Counted from the stretch's first letter, positions 19,612 through 29,361 are shown. The stretch: DNA of 64,000 nucleotides from Anaerolineales bacterium (GCA_049287485.1 JBAQFX010000005.1:1052-65051); one strand, 5' to 3'. Notes: a model not told the origin generated them from the letters alone. Made by a program: numbers and translations.

Positions 19612-21138
19612 ATGACCAATTATCTGATCCGCCGCTTCTTCCAGATGATCATTGTGGTGCTGCTCTCTACCGTGGCGATCTATGTCTTGCTTAACATCGC
19701 CCCGGGGGGACCCTTATCTGGGATTAAGCTCGGTAGCTTACGCAATCGCCCCTCTGAGGCGGATATGGCTCGTCTGGAGGCGTATCTGGGAATCAACAAA
19801 CCGATCTTCCTGCGCTACCTGACCTGGCTGATTGGTGATGATTGGCTGGGTTCTGATTGGGTCTACGTGGGGTTGGGCAATTATCGTTATCCGAAGTTGG
19901 GCACCGATGGGCAGCAGCTGGTGACCACCGATCGCAATACGGGTGAAATGACCCCCCAGTGGGATTACGCTCGCTTCTGGACAGATCCCGGTCCTGCCTT
20001 GCTGCCCACCGGCTACACCCTGTGGGTGTGGGGAGAGAAGACTGCCACGCGGGAGTTTACCGCCGATCACATCCAGGTGAAACCACCCATGGGAGAAGCT
20101 CGCCCTAAGGACCTGGTTGCTTTCGGCAATGTGATCAGTGTGGTAGCCAATACGGTTACCATTGAAGATGCCGGTGGGGTCAAATCCACGGTCACAGTGT
20201 CCAAGGATACTACCTATACGTTCCCAACCGGTGAAGGTTTGCCCCGGCCAGAAAATGGAGTCTGGTTGAAAATCTCCGGTTTAACAGGCTCATATGGGCT
20301 GCTGAAACAGTATTCAGGTTTTCACGGCAGCAACCGCGGCATCCTGCGCCTGGACTTTGGCTGGTCGTGGAAACTGGCCATTGGTCAGCCGGTGGTGGAC
20401 TTGATAAAGAGCCGCCTGGGTAACACCCTGATCCTGATGATCACTGCCACCGTGGTTTCACTGATCATTGCCATCCCCATAGGCATCTATTCTGGGGTTC
20501 ACCAGTACAGCGGGACGGATTACGCCGTGACCACCTTCGCCTTCTTCGGTTCAGCCATGCCGGTGTTCTGGTTTGGCTTGATGTTGATTCTGCTGTTCTC
20601 TTATGGTTTCAAGCAATGGGGATTGCCTTACATGCCCTCGGGGGGCACGGTGCTGGTGCGTGAAGCGCAGCCCGGCACCGTGGAAGCACTCCTGAATATA
20701 TCCAAGGGCAGTTTTGTGGATCGTTTTGTTCACATCATCCTGCCATCGATCATGCTCAGCCTGTTGTATCTGGCGGGCTGGTCGCGTTACATGCGCTCTT
20801 CCATGCTGGAAGTACTGCGCCAGGATTACGTGCGTACCGCCCGTGCCAAGGGTTTGATCGAGCGTGTGGTGATCATTAAACACGCTTTGCGTAACGCCCT
20901 CATCCCCATCATCACTATCGTGGTCTTTCAGCTTCCCGGCATCTTTGGCGGGGCCATCCTCACCGAGACCGTCTTCTCTTACCCGGGTGTAGGTCGACTG
21001 TACTTTGAAGCCCTGGGCGCAAGCGACTGGCCGGTAGCCATGGCTTACTTGTTCATCCAGGCTGTTCTGGTCGTCATCGCCACCTTGTTGGGTGATGTGT
21101 TGTACACCGTGGTAGACCCACGTATTCGCTTCAAGTAG
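19612..21138 (+). CDS. ABC transporter permease (DppB/OppB-like) with an enlarged extracytoplasmic loop
   Basis: The ATG at 19612 follows GGAGG. The N-terminus MTNYLIRRFFQMIIV is typical of DppB. The EAA-type region lies near ...YVRTARAKGL.... Confidence 0.85.
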   Translation: MTNYLIRRFFQMIIVVLLSTVAIYVLLNIAPGGPLSGIKLGSLRNRPSEADMARLEAYLGINKPIFLRYLTWLIGDDWLGSDWVYVGLGNYRYPKLGTDGQQLVTTDRNTGEMTPQWDYARFWTDPGPALLPTGYTLWVWGEKTATREFTADHIQVKPPMGEARPKDLVAFGNVISVVANTVTIEDAGGVKSTVTVSKDTTYTFPTGEGLPRPENGVWLKISGLTGSYGLLKQYSGFHGSNRGILRLDFGWSWKLAIGQPVVDLIKSRLGNTLILMITATVVSLIIAIPIGIYSGVHQYSGTDYAVTTFAFFGSAMPVFWFGLMLILLFSYGFKQWGLPYMPSGGTVLVREAQPGTVEALLNISKGSFVDRFVHIILPSIMLSLLYLAGWSRYMRSSMLEVLRQDYVRTARAKGLIERVVIIKHALRNALIPIITIVVFQLPGIFGGAILTETVFSYPGVGRLYFEALGASDWPVAMAYLFIQAVLVVIATLLGDVLYTVVDPRIRFK

Positions 21139-21150
21139 GAGTGAAAGACA

Positions 21151-22086
21151 ATGGCAGTTGCAGAGCTCGATCGTGAAACCTTAGCCTCCATAAAAGAAGA
21201 AAGTTACCTATCCATTGTTTGGACCCGCTTCAGAAGGCACAAACTGGCGGTGATCAGTGCAGTCGTCTTGATATTTATCATCCTGGCCTGTGCCCTGGCT
21301 CCTGTCATCGCACCGTATAATCCCACCCAGAGTCTGAAAGATGCCTCCGGGATGATTCTCAAAAATGCTCCTCCTTCGTTACAAAATATTATGGGTACGG
21401 ATGCCATCGGGCGGGATGTATTCAGCCGCCTGTTGTATGCCGGGCGTATTTCCCTGATGGTTGCCTTCGTGGTCACCCTTTGTGCAGAGACCTTCGGTGC
21501 ATTCATTGGAGCAATTTCAGGTTTTTTTGGCGGCTGGGTGGATGAAGTCATCCAGCGTATCATCGAATTTTTGTTGACCCTGCCTTTATTACCCCTGCTG
21601 CTGGCTTTATCAGCATTGTTGCGTGGCATTCAGATACCGTTCCTTCCGCCTGAATGGAGCAGCGCGGTTATTATTGCTGTGATTCTAATCGTTTTTGGCT
21701 GGATGGGCCCGGCGCGTTTAATGCGCGGCATGGTACTCTCCCTGCGCAACCAGGACTTTACCGAAGCCGCCCGGGCGATGGGATTGAGTAATTTGGGTAT
21801 CATCCTGCGACATATGATTCCTAATGCCATGGCCCCCATTATCGTTTCCGCTACGCTTGACCTGGGTGGCGTGATCATTCTTGAATCTGCGCTCTCATTC
21901 CTGGGCTTCGGCATCCAGCCACCCGTTCCCACCTGGGGCAACATGTTGTCTGAGTATCAATCGGATATGTGGACTCAGCCCGCCAAGGTGTTCTACCCTG
22001 GTCTGGCCATCTTTGTGGTCAACCTGGCTTTCAACTATATGGGCGATGCCTTGCGTGATGCTCTTGATCCACGCTTGAAGAGATAA
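21151..22086 (+). CDS. ABC transporter permease (DppC/OppC-like)
   Basis: A 311-aa ORF. The motif FTEAARAMGLSN and six TM segments are typical of DppC. Confidence 0.9.
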   Translation: MAVAELDRETLASIKEESYLSIVWTRFRRHKLAVISAVVLIFIILACALAPVIAPYNPTQSLKDASGMILKNAPPSLQNIMGTDAIGRDVFSRLLYAGRISLMVAFVVTLCAETFGAFIGAISGFFGGWVDEVIQRIIEFLLTLPLLPLLLALSALLRGIQIPFLPPEWSSAVIIAVILIVFGWMGPARLMRGMVLSLRNQDFTEAARAMGLSNLGIILRHMIPNAMAPIIVSATLDLGGVIILESALSFLGFGIQPPVPTWGNMLSEYQSDMWTQPAKVFYPGLAIFVVNLAFNYMGDALRDALDPRLKR

Positions 22087-22088
22087 AA

Positions 22089-22628
22089 ATGCCCGAGGCC
22101 AAGCCACATTCACCATCTTTACTCAAAGCCGCTATATCCGGTGTGGTGATATTTGGCGCCATTATTTTCGCCGTCATCGCCATGAACACGGGTGATCTTT
22201 TATGGTTTTGGCCGGTATTCAAAGAGGTTCCGGTTGGTATCACCGTGAATTGCTATGGTACGAACATAGATATCCAGCCAGGCACAACCGCATTTGAAGC
22301 AGTCAACAATGCGGTTAATACTGCTCTCACCGGGGTTAAGCGCTGGGATCAGCTCAGTATGTCAGATGTCACTTACCAGGAATATCAGGCCAGTTCCTCG
22401 GTGATGGTGCTCCAATTACACTATGATCCCCCGGTAACTATCCATTCACAGTATGCTTTTATGAAAGCGGTGAATTGGCTGATTATCCCCCTGGATGGGC
22501 GCCATGCTCCCACCAATCCCGTATTTGGGCTGGAAGGTGGCTACACCGATCCAGGATCATACCATGTCAAAACTACTGCACCGATTGTTACTGCCTTGCA
22601 AGAACAGGATGTATGTACGAAAAGATGA
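22089..22628 (+). CDS. Membrane-anchored hypothetical protein embedded in the ABC operon
   Basis: A 179-aa ORF whose ATG lies 2 nt after the permease stop. It has one N-terminal TM helix (AISGVVIFGAIIFAVIAM) followed by a soluble domain of about 140 aa. I recognise no family. Confidence 0.55.
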   Translation: MPEAKPHSPSLLKAAISGVVIFGAIIFAVIAMNTGDLLWFWPVFKEVPVGITVNCYGTNIDIQPGTTAFEAVNNAVNTALTGVKRWDQLSMSDVTYQEYQASSSVMVLQLHYDPPVTIHSQYAFMKAVNWLIIPLDGRHAPTNPVFGLEGGYTDPGSYHVKTTAPIVTALQEQDVCTKR

Positions 22629-22689
22629 TGCTAAACATAGATATCCATTATGGATGTAGAATTTATAATATTAATAGAAGAGGACGCTC

Positions 22690-23712
22690 ATGATAGATAA
22701 AAAGGATACTTTACTTGAGGTTCACAACCTGAAGACATATTTTTACACCGAGGATGGTGTGGTTAAAGCCGTGGACGGTGTAGATCTCACCGTCGGACGA
22801 GGCGAGGTGTTGGGATTAGTGGGGGAATCGGGCTGCGGAAAGAGTGTTACATCTCTATCCATCATGCGCCTGATTGGTATTCCCGGAAAGGTTGTAGAAG
22901 GCACCATCATCTTTGAAGGCCGCAACCTGCTGGAATTATCCGAATCGGAGATGGTGCACATGCGCGGTAACCGCATGTCGATGATCTTCCAGCAGCCACA
23001 GTCCAGCCTTAACCCCGTGTTCAAGATTGGTGACCAGGTGGCAGAAGTGATGCAAATCCACCAGAACATGGGCAAGGAAGAATCCTGGAACAAAGCCGTG
23101 GAGCTGTTGACCCTGGTGGGCATGCCCGACCCCGAAAGCAAGGCGCATTCCTTTCCCCATGAGGTATCGGGTGGGCAGGCACAGCGCGTGATGATCGCCA
23201 TGGCCCTGGCTTTGAACCCACAGTTGCTGATCGCTGACGAACCCACCACCGCCCTGGATGTGACTATCCAGGCGCAGATCCTCGACCTGTTGCGCGACCT
23301 GCGCACTCGCATGGACACTGCCGTCATCCTGATTACCCACGATCTGGGTGTGATCTCTGAAATGGCCGATCGTGTAGCCGTCATGTACGCCGGGCGTATT
23401 GTGGAACAGGCGGATATCAGGACCTTGTTCAAAAGACCCGTCCACCCGTACACGCAAGGTTTGATGGCATCTATCCCGGTTCTGGGTACTGTCAAGGAAG
23501 TACTGGATGTCATCCCCGGTTCGGTTCCCAACCTGGTCAATCTGCCCCCAGGCTGCCAGTTTGCACCTCGCTGCCGCGCCCGTATTGAACACCAATTAAC
23601 CATCTGTACCCAGGTGGAACCCCAACTGATCCCCTACGAGCCCGATCATTTTTGCCGCTGCTGGCTCTACCAGGATTATGAGGGCTTTAAAGCCCCACTA
23701 AAACCTTCCTGA
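22690..23712 (+). CDS. ABC transporter ATP-binding protein (DppD/OppD-like)
   Basis: Walker A GESGCGKS, signature VSGGQAQR, Walker [13 protein letters not shown], and the C-terminal oligopeptide-type extension. Confidence 0.9.
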   Translation: MIDKKDTLLEVHNLKTYFYTEDGVVKAVDGVDLTVGRGEVLGLVGESGCGKSVTSLSIMRLIGIPGKVVEGTIIFEGRNLLELSESEMVHMRGNRMSMIFQQPQSSLNPVFKIGDQVAEVMQIHQNMGKEESWNKAVELLTLVGMPDPESKAHSFPHEVSGGQAQRVMIAMALALNPQLLIADEPTTALDVTIQAQILDLLRDLRTRMDTAVILITHDLGVISEMADRVAVMYAGRIVEQADIRTLFKRPVHPYTQGLMASIPVLGTVKEVLDVIPGSVPNLVNLPPGCQFAPRCRARIEHQLTICTQVEPQLIPYEPDHFCRCWLYQDYEGFKAPLKPS

Positions 23713-23737
23713 TCTTAATGACTTGGAGAAATTAATC

Positions 23738-24733
23738 ATGACTGATCAAGCTGTACATACCAATGGTAAGAAAAATCTACTTGAGATCAAGGAGTTGGTT
23801 AAATATTTCCCGGTACGCGGTGGTTTTTTGCAACGCGTCGTGGCCTGGGTGCAGGCAGTGGACGACATCAGTTTTAACATCCGCCAGGGCGAGACGCTCG
23901 GTCTCGTAGGCGAATCGGGTTGCGGTAAGACTACGGTCGGGCGTACCCTGTTGAGGCTGATCGAACCCACCAGCGGGCAGGTCATTTTCAATGGAGTGGA
24001 TGTTGCCGCATTGAGGGGCAAAAATCTAAAAGCCATGCGGCGCAATATGCAGATCATCTTCCAGGACCCATATGCCTCACTGGACCCACGTATGCCCATC
24101 GGTGAATCGATTTCCGAAGGATTAAAGATCCATAACATTGGCACACCACGCGAGCGGTTTGAGACCACCATCGAGATGTTACGCAAAGTGGGTATGGAAG
24201 ATTACCATGCCCGCCGTTACCCGCATGAGTTCTCGGGTGGGCAGCGCCAGCGGATTGGCATTGCCCGCGCCCTGGCCTTGCGCCCGAAATTCATCGTTGC
24301 CGATGAGCCTGTATCCGCGTTGGATGTTTCCATCCAGTCGCAGGTGCTCAACATCCTGAAAGACCTGCAGCGTGAGTTTGGCCTCACTTATCTGTTTATC
24401 GCCCACAACCTGAGTGTGGTTGAGCACATCTCTGACCGGGTGGCAGTCATGTACCTGGGCAAGATGGTCGAAATGACCACCCGTGAACACCTGTTCCGCA
24501 ACCCACTACACCCTTATACCCAGGCTTTATTATCCGCCATCCCCATCCCCGACCCCACCTTGAAGCGCGACCGCATCATCCTGGAAGGGGATGTACCCAG
24601 CCCGTTGAATCCACCTGGTGGCTGTCGCTTCCATCCACGTTGCCCGGTGGCGCTGGATGTATGTGGCATTGAACAGCCACCTTTCCGCGAGGTCAGCGAT
24701 GACCACCTGGTGGCTTGCTGGCGGGTCGAGTAA
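23738..24733 (+). CDS. ABC transporter ATP-binding protein (DppF/OppF-like)
   Basis: Walker A GESGCGKT, signature FSGGQRQR, Walker [13 protein letters not shown]. The ATG at 23738 follows GGAGAAA. Confidence 0.9.
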   Translation: MTDQAVHTNGKKNLLEIKELVKYFPVRGGFLQRVVAWVQAVDDISFNIRQGETLGLVGESGCGKTTVGRTLLRLIEPTSGQVIFNGVDVAALRGKNLKAMRRNMQIIFQDPYASLDPRMPIGESISEGLKIHNIGTPRERFETTIEMLRKVGMEDYHARRYPHEFSGGQRQRIGIARALALRPKFIVADEPVSALDVSIQSQVLNILKDLQREFGLTYLFIAHNLSVVEHISDRVAVMYLGKMVEMTTREHLFRNPLHPYTQALLSAIPIPDPTLKRDRIILEGDVPSPLNPPGGCRFHPRCPVALDVCGIEQPPFREVSDDHLVACWRVE

Positions 24734-24768
24734 TACCTTTTATCTTTGATAGATGGTCATTTCTTTGT

Positions 24769-24798
24769 AGGGGCACGATATATCGTGCCCCTACTTTT
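24769..24798 (+). terminator. Rho-independent terminator of the ABC operon
   Basis: A perfect palindrome aggggcacgata/tatcgtgcccct is followed by acTTTT. Confidence 0.65.
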
Positions 24799-24893
24799 GA
24801 ACTAAGGGATGTGCATAATATCTGTAAGGACGATCATTTCCCTCATTGTGACCGTCTTCTTCATTATTAAATCCATGATAGAATGATTCCAGC

Positions 24894-26018
24894 ATGGCTG
24901 CATACCGTGTGTTAGTAGTCGAAGATAATCCCCAAGTCCGGCGTATGGTAACTGCCAGCATCAAGACGCTTGGAGCAGAGATCGATGTGCTGGATGTCCC
25001 ATCTGCAGAAGAAGCATTGTTCATTAGTTCCTCATTGCCGCTCGACCTGGTAGTACTGGATTACCGTCTTCCAGGCATGACAGGCCTGGAGATGGTCACC
25101 CGTCTGCAGAAGCGTCGACCTGAGGCAAAGATCATCCTGGTTACCGGGGTTGAAGATGCCACCACTCGCCAGCAGGTGGCTGAAGCAGACGTGGAAGCCT
25201 TTTTCTATAAGCCGATTCATATTGACACATTCCTGGAAGTAGTGAAGCGCAGCCTTTGGTCAGACCGTGGTGAGCAAAACCAGCCATTGAATAACCAGGA
25301 GCCAGCCATCACCTCACCCGTGGGCATCACCTTACCCACGCCTGAAGTCAAGCCTAGCAGCCCTCAGAGTTTCAGGCTTTCTCTGGGTGAGCGCCTGACT
25401 GCCTTAAAGCAACAATTGAAAGCTGTGTCAGCCTTGTTGGTGAATAATGAGGGTCAGGTCCTCGAGGTGGCTGGCAATCCTTCACAAATTACCACCGGCT
25501 CGGTACTACTCTCAGCGTTGATCACTGCTTACAAGGCCAGCCAGCAGGTCTCAGAGGCGATGAGCAGGGGCACAAGTTCCAGCTTGCAGTATTTCACTGC
25601 TCATCGGCAGGTCTTGTATGTGGTGACAGTCGGTCAGAACCATGCCCTTTTTGTGCTCACTTCCGGCTATTTTGAACCCGATAAACTCTCTGCAATCAAC
25701 CATACCCTCCAGGTTGCGGCGCGTGACCTGCAAACTATCTTGGCAAACCAGCTTGCCGAAGAGCAGGCCAAGCAGGATAAATCATCACAGCTGGTGACCG
25801 AATTACCCAAAGATGTTACTGTCGATCAAGAGACCCTGGCTGGGGTGGAGAAGTTATTTGCCGGGGCTGCGGAAACCACCACTAAGGAAAGAGCGGACGG
25901 TTTTTGGGAGGCTTTAGAGGCCAGCGATGCTTTGGAAGGGGTGCATGGAAAAGACGTGATCTCCTACGACCAGGCGCGTGATTTAGGCCTAGCACCGGAT
26001 AAAGAAGAGGAACCTTGA
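24894..26018 (+). CDS. Orphan response regulator: REC domain plus C-terminal Roadblock/LC7-like region and acidic tail
   Basis: REC motifs are present (VVEDN, phospho-acceptor context VVLDYRLPGMTG, and a conserved Lys context FFYKP). It has no DNA-binding output domain. The Roadblock-like call for residues ~170-290 is tentative. Confidence 0.7.
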   Translation: MAAYRVLVVEDNPQVRRMVTASIKTLGAEIDVLDVPSAEEALFISSSLPLDLVVLDYRLPGMTGLEMVTRLQKRRPEAKIILVTGVEDATTRQQVAEADVEAFFYKPIHIDTFLEVVKRSLWSDRGEQNQPLNNQEPAITSPVGITLPTPEVKPSSPQSFRLSLGERLTALKQQLKAVSALLVNNEGQVLEVAGNPSQITTGSVLLSALITAYKASQQVSEAMSRGTSSSLQYFTAHRQVLYVVTVGQNHALFVLTSGYFEPDKLSAINHTLQVAARDLQTILANQLAEEQAKQDKSSQLVTELPKDVTVDQETLAGVEKLFAGAAETTTKERADGFWEALEASDALEGVHGKDVISYDQARDLGLAPDKEEEP

Positions 26019-26105
26019 GCATTATGCTCGGGGTCATCCCCACTCCAGGGGAATGGCTGAAAATATGATAAAATACCAGACGCTCTGAAAATAGGGCGTC
26101 ATGAT

Positions 26106-26176
26106 TGGGGCATGGTGCAATGGCAGCACAGCAGACTTTGGATCTGTTTATTCTGGTTCGAGTCCGGATGCCCCAG
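26106..26176 (+). tRNA. tRNA-Gln (anticodon UUG), CCA not encoded
   Basis: The sequence folds as TGGGGCA-TG-GTGC-AATGGCA-GCAC-A-GCAGA-CTTTGGA-TCTGT-TTAT-TCTGG-TTCGAGT-CCGGA-TGCCCCA-G. The U1:A72 pair and G73 discriminator are typical of bacterial tRNA-Gln. Confidence 0.85.
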
Positions 26177-26287
26177 CTAGTTACTACAGATGACATCAGA
26201 TACGTCTAACGCAAGGTCCCCGAGGTATAGAGGCACAGGCTGCCGCTGCCCGGTATGGCTTTGCGTTTTTGCTTTCAGGGAGGCATA

Positions 26288-27634
26288 ATGAAGCTGTCCA
26301 CAATGATCCTGGCAGCAGGGCAGGGTACACGCATGAAATCCGGCCTGCCCAAGGTGTTGCACCAGCTCGTGGGTAAACCCATGGCCTGGTACCCGCTGCA
26401 GGCTGCCAGGCAAGTCAGCCCGGAAAAGCCCGTGATGGTGGTCGGGTATGCTGCCGACCAGGTGCGCAAGGTCTTGGGAGACGCAGCAGATTACGTGCTG
26501 CAGGAACCACTGCTTGGCACTGGTCACGCTGTGATGCAAGCTGAACCACAGCTTCTTGGGAAGAGCGACCTGTTGCTGGTGACCTATGCTGACATGCCCT
26601 TGCTCACCGGCTCGACTTTGGGCAAGCTGGTGGAATTGGCCCAAACCCATCGCGGTCCGCTCAGCATGCTCACCGTGATTAGCAATGAAACGCGAGGTTT
26701 TGGTCGTATCCTGCGAGACGCCTCCGGGCATGTGATTGGGGTTGTGGAAGAAGCCGAGGCCACGCCCGAGCAGCTGCTCATCCATGAGCTCAACCCTGGG
26801 GTATACTGCTTCCGTGCAGCCTGGTTATGGCCAGCCTTGAAACGCATCAGGCTTTCGCCCAAAGGTGAATACTACCTGACCGACCTGGTGAGCATGGCGG
26901 TAGCGGAAGGTCATACCATCTATAGCCTGGCCGTAGAAGACCCGAATGAGGTGATTGGCATCAACACCCGCATCCACCTGGCACAGGCAGATGCCCTGCT
27001 CAGGCAGCGCATCAACCAGCAATGGATGCTGGCGGGAGTGAGCATGATCGACCCGGGCTCTACCTATATTGAGCCGGAAGTCACCCTGGGGCAGGATACC
27101 ATCCTGTGGCCTGGCACCTACCTGCATGGCAGCACCCAGATCGGCAAGAATTGTGTCATCGGTCCCAATACCATCATCAAGGATACGCGGGTGGGCGATC
27201 ACTGCACCTTGCTTGCTTCAGTGCTGGAAGGAGCCTTGCTGGAAGACCACGTGGAGATGGGCCCGTACTGCCACCTGCGTAAGGGAGCCCACCTGTGCAC
27301 GGGTGTGCATATGGGTAACTTTGGCGAGGTGAAGGACTCCACCCTGGGTGCGCGTGCCAAGATGGGGCACTTTTCGTACCTGGGCGATGCCCAGGTGGGT
27401 GCGGAGGTGAACATCGGCGCCGGCACCATCACCTGCAACTATGATGGCACGCAGAAGTTCGCCACCGAGATTGGTGAGGGCGCTTTCATTGGCTCAGATA
27501 CCATGCTGGTGGCGCCGGTGAAGGTGGGGGCGGGGGCACGCACCGGGGCCGGGTCGGTCGTTACCAAGGACATACCACCCAACTCGTTGGCATTAGGCGT
27601 GCCTGCCAGGGTGATCAAAGAGCTGAAAAAGTGA
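26288..27634 (+). CDS. glmU: Bifunctional UDP-N-acetylglucosamine pyrophosphorylase / glucosamine-1-phosphate N-acetyltransferase
   Basis: It has the motif LAAGQGTRMKS and C-terminal left-handed beta-helix hexapeptide repeats. The ATG at 26288 follows AGGGAGG. Confidence 0.9.
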   Translation: MKLSTMILAAGQGTRMKSGLPKVLHQLVGKPMAWYPLQAARQVSPEKPVMVVGYAADQVRKVLGDAADYVLQEPLLGTGHAVMQAEPQLLGKSDLLLVTYADMPLLTGSTLGKLVELAQTHRGPLSMLTVISNETRGFGRILRDASGHVIGVVEEAEATPEQLLIHELNPGVYCFRAAWLWPALKRIRLSPKGEYYLTDLVSMAVAEGHTIYSLAVEDPNEVIGINTRIHLAQADALLRQRINQQWMLAGVSMIDPGSTYIEPEVTLGQDTILWPGTYLHGSTQIGKNCVIGPNTIIKDTRVGDHCTLLASVLEGALLEDHVEMGPYCHLRKGAHLCTGVHMGNFGEVKDSTLGARAKMGHFSYLGDAQVGAEVNIGAGTITCNYDGTQKFATEIGEGAFIGSDTMLVAPVKVGAGARTGAGSVVTKDIPPNSLALGVPARVIKELKK

Positions 27635-28917
27635 CCCATTTCATCATCCTCGGGTTATTGGTACTATTCCTCCTCGATCTGTTCATCATCGCCTACCGGG
27701 CGGCATTGCTGAAAGCCAGCCTGGCGCGCTTGTTATCCATGAAGGATGAACTTGGGCTAAAGGTCAACCGGGTGACCAATCTATTGCATACCCCGCAGAA
27801 TTGGCTGGCAGCCAGTAACCTGGTCCAGCTTTTCACCCGTTTTTTAGGGGCTGGCTTGCTGCTGGCATTGTTCATTCCACAAGCCTGGACGGTTACTGCG
27901 GTCTTATTGGATCTGGGCATCCTGCTCCTAACCATGGCGCTGGTGTTCTGGCTGGAGTGGGTGGTGGAATTGGTGGTCACCCACCAGCCCGAGACCTGGG
28001 CAATGCGCCTGGCGCCTTATGTGCACACCCTCATAGTAATCCTCTCGCCGTTGTTGGTGCTGCCACTGGCATTGGGCAGGCGCAAGGGTGAAGCCCAGGA
28101 ACCGATGATCACCGTCACCGAAGAGGAGCTGAAGAGCATGGTGGATGCCGGGCACGAGGGTGGCGTGCTGGAGGGGGATGAGCGCCAGATGATCTACTCC
28201 ATCTTCGAGCTCGGTGATACCCTGGTGCGCGAGATCATGCTACCCCGCATCTACATCACTGCTCTGGAGGCCTCCACCCCACTCTCGGCGGCGGTAGATG
28301 CCCTGATCAAATCTGGCCATTCGCGCATGCCGGTGTACGAGGAGTCGGTGGATAACATCCTGGGCCTGCTGTACGCCAAAGACCTGTTGCGGGTGTGGCG
28401 CATGGGCGAGCAGATCGATTCGCTCAAGAGCCTGCTGCGCCCGGCGACCTTTGTGCCGGAAGCCAAGAAGGTGGACGAGCTGCTGGAGGAGATGCAGGCT
28501 GGGCATGTTCACATGGCGATGGTGGTGGATGAGTATGGAGGCATTGCCGGGCTGGTGACGCTGGAGGACATCTTCGAGGAAATTGTAGGGGAGATCCAGG
28601 ATGAGTATGACCAGAGCGAGGAAGCCCCATACACGCAGGTGGGGGAGGGCGAATATGTCTTCCAGGGGCGGGTAGACTTGCGGGATTTTAATGAAGTAAT
28701 GGGCAGCCAATTGCCCACCGAAGAGGCCGAATCACTGGGCGGATTCATCTACGAGCAGGTGGGGCGGGTGCCCTCCACCGGTGAAAGCCTGCAGGTGGGG
28801 GACATCAGCCTGACCATAGAACAGGTCACCGGACGGCGCATCCGCAAGGTGAGGGCCAAGAAGCAACCTGCAGAATCACAGGAAGAGAGGCAGGATGGAG
28901 AAAGAACTGACCAATGA
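27631..28917 (+). CDS. CNNM/DUF21 - CBS pair - CorC_HlyC domain membrane protein (hemolysin-family / Mg-Co efflux-like)
   Basis: The N-terminal 4 TM segments, the CBS pair and the C-terminal CorC/HlyC region are in the usual order. The GTG start overlaps the glmU stop. Confidence 0.85.
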   Translation: MTHFIILGLLVLFLLDLFIIAYRAALLKASLARLLSMKDELGLKVNRVTNLLHTPQNWLAASNLVQLFTRFLGAGLLLALFIPQAWTVTAVLLDLGILLLTMALVFWLEWVVELVVTHQPETWAMRLAPYVHTLIVILSPLLVLPLALGRRKGEAQEPMITVTEEELKSMVDAGHEGGVLEGDERQMIYSIFELGDTLVREIMLPRIYITALEASTPLSAAVDALIKSGHSRMPVYEESVDNILGLLYAKDLLRVWRMGEQIDSLKSLLRPATFVPEAKKVDELLEEMQAGHVHMAMVVDEYGGIAGLVTLEDIFEEIVGEIQDEYDQSEEAPYTQVGEGEYVFQGRVDLRDFNEVMGSQLPTEEAESLGGFIYEQVGRVPSTGESLQVGDISLTIEQVTGRRIRKVRAKKQPAESQEERQDGERTDQ

Positions 28918-29308
28918 GCTGCGCCAAAGATTGATCGAGCTGGCGCGGCAAGCACGAAAGAACGCCTATGCACCTTATTCCAGCTACCGGGTGGGGGCAG
29001 CCCTGCTGACGCCCTCGGGGAAGTTCTTCACTGGCTGCAACGTGGAGAGTGCGGCTTACCCCACCAGCATGTGTGCCGAACGGGTGGCGGTGTTCAAGGC
29101 CGTCTCGGAGGGGGAGCGCGAGTTCCTGGCCATTGCCGTAGTCACCAGCAATGGGGGTATGCCTTGTGGCGCTTGCCGGCAGGTGCTGGCGGAGTTCGGG
29201 CTGGAGACGCTGGTGGTGATTGCCGATGATCAGGGTCAGATAAAGCAGGAGGCCACCCTGGCGGAGCTGCTGCCGGGTGCTTTTGGGCCAGGGGACCTGA
29301 GGAAATAA
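28895..29308 (+). CDS. cdd: Cytidine deaminase
   Basis: A 137-aa ORF with zinc/catalytic motifs CAERVA and PCGACRQ. It overlaps the upstream gene by 23 nt. Confidence 0.9.
   Translation: MEKELTNELRQRLIELARQARKNAYAPYSSYRVGAALLTPSGKFFTGCNVESAAYPTSMCAERVAVFKAVSEGEREFLAIAVVTSNGGMPCGACRQVLAEFGLETLVVIADDQGQIKQEATLAELLPGAFGPGDLRK
29076..29308 (+). repeat. Left 233-bp direct repeat (functional 3' end of cdd)
   Basis: It aligns without gaps to 32673-32905, a constant offset of 3597 nt. There are 8 mismatches (29080, 29140, 29152, 29158, 29160, 29161, 29164, 29212). Confidence 0.9.
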
Positions 29309-29361
29309 CAAGCCACAGGTAAACGCAGATACACACAGATGATTTCTGGCAGAGAAATATC

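Noticed and set aside
22743-23603. Long antisense ORFs (286 aa and 219 aa) opposite the DppD-like ATPase gene. Similar antisense ORFs occur at 18310-18900, 26177-26785, 28240-28710, 28826-29368, 41173-41691, 42013-42642, 45669-46358 and 62193-62864.
   Set aside because: Each lies entirely inside a sense-strand gene with clear family motifs. Their translations are Arg/Gly/Pro/Ser-rich low-complexity sequence with no motifs, as expected for stop-poor reverse frames of GC-rich or PT-coding DNA.
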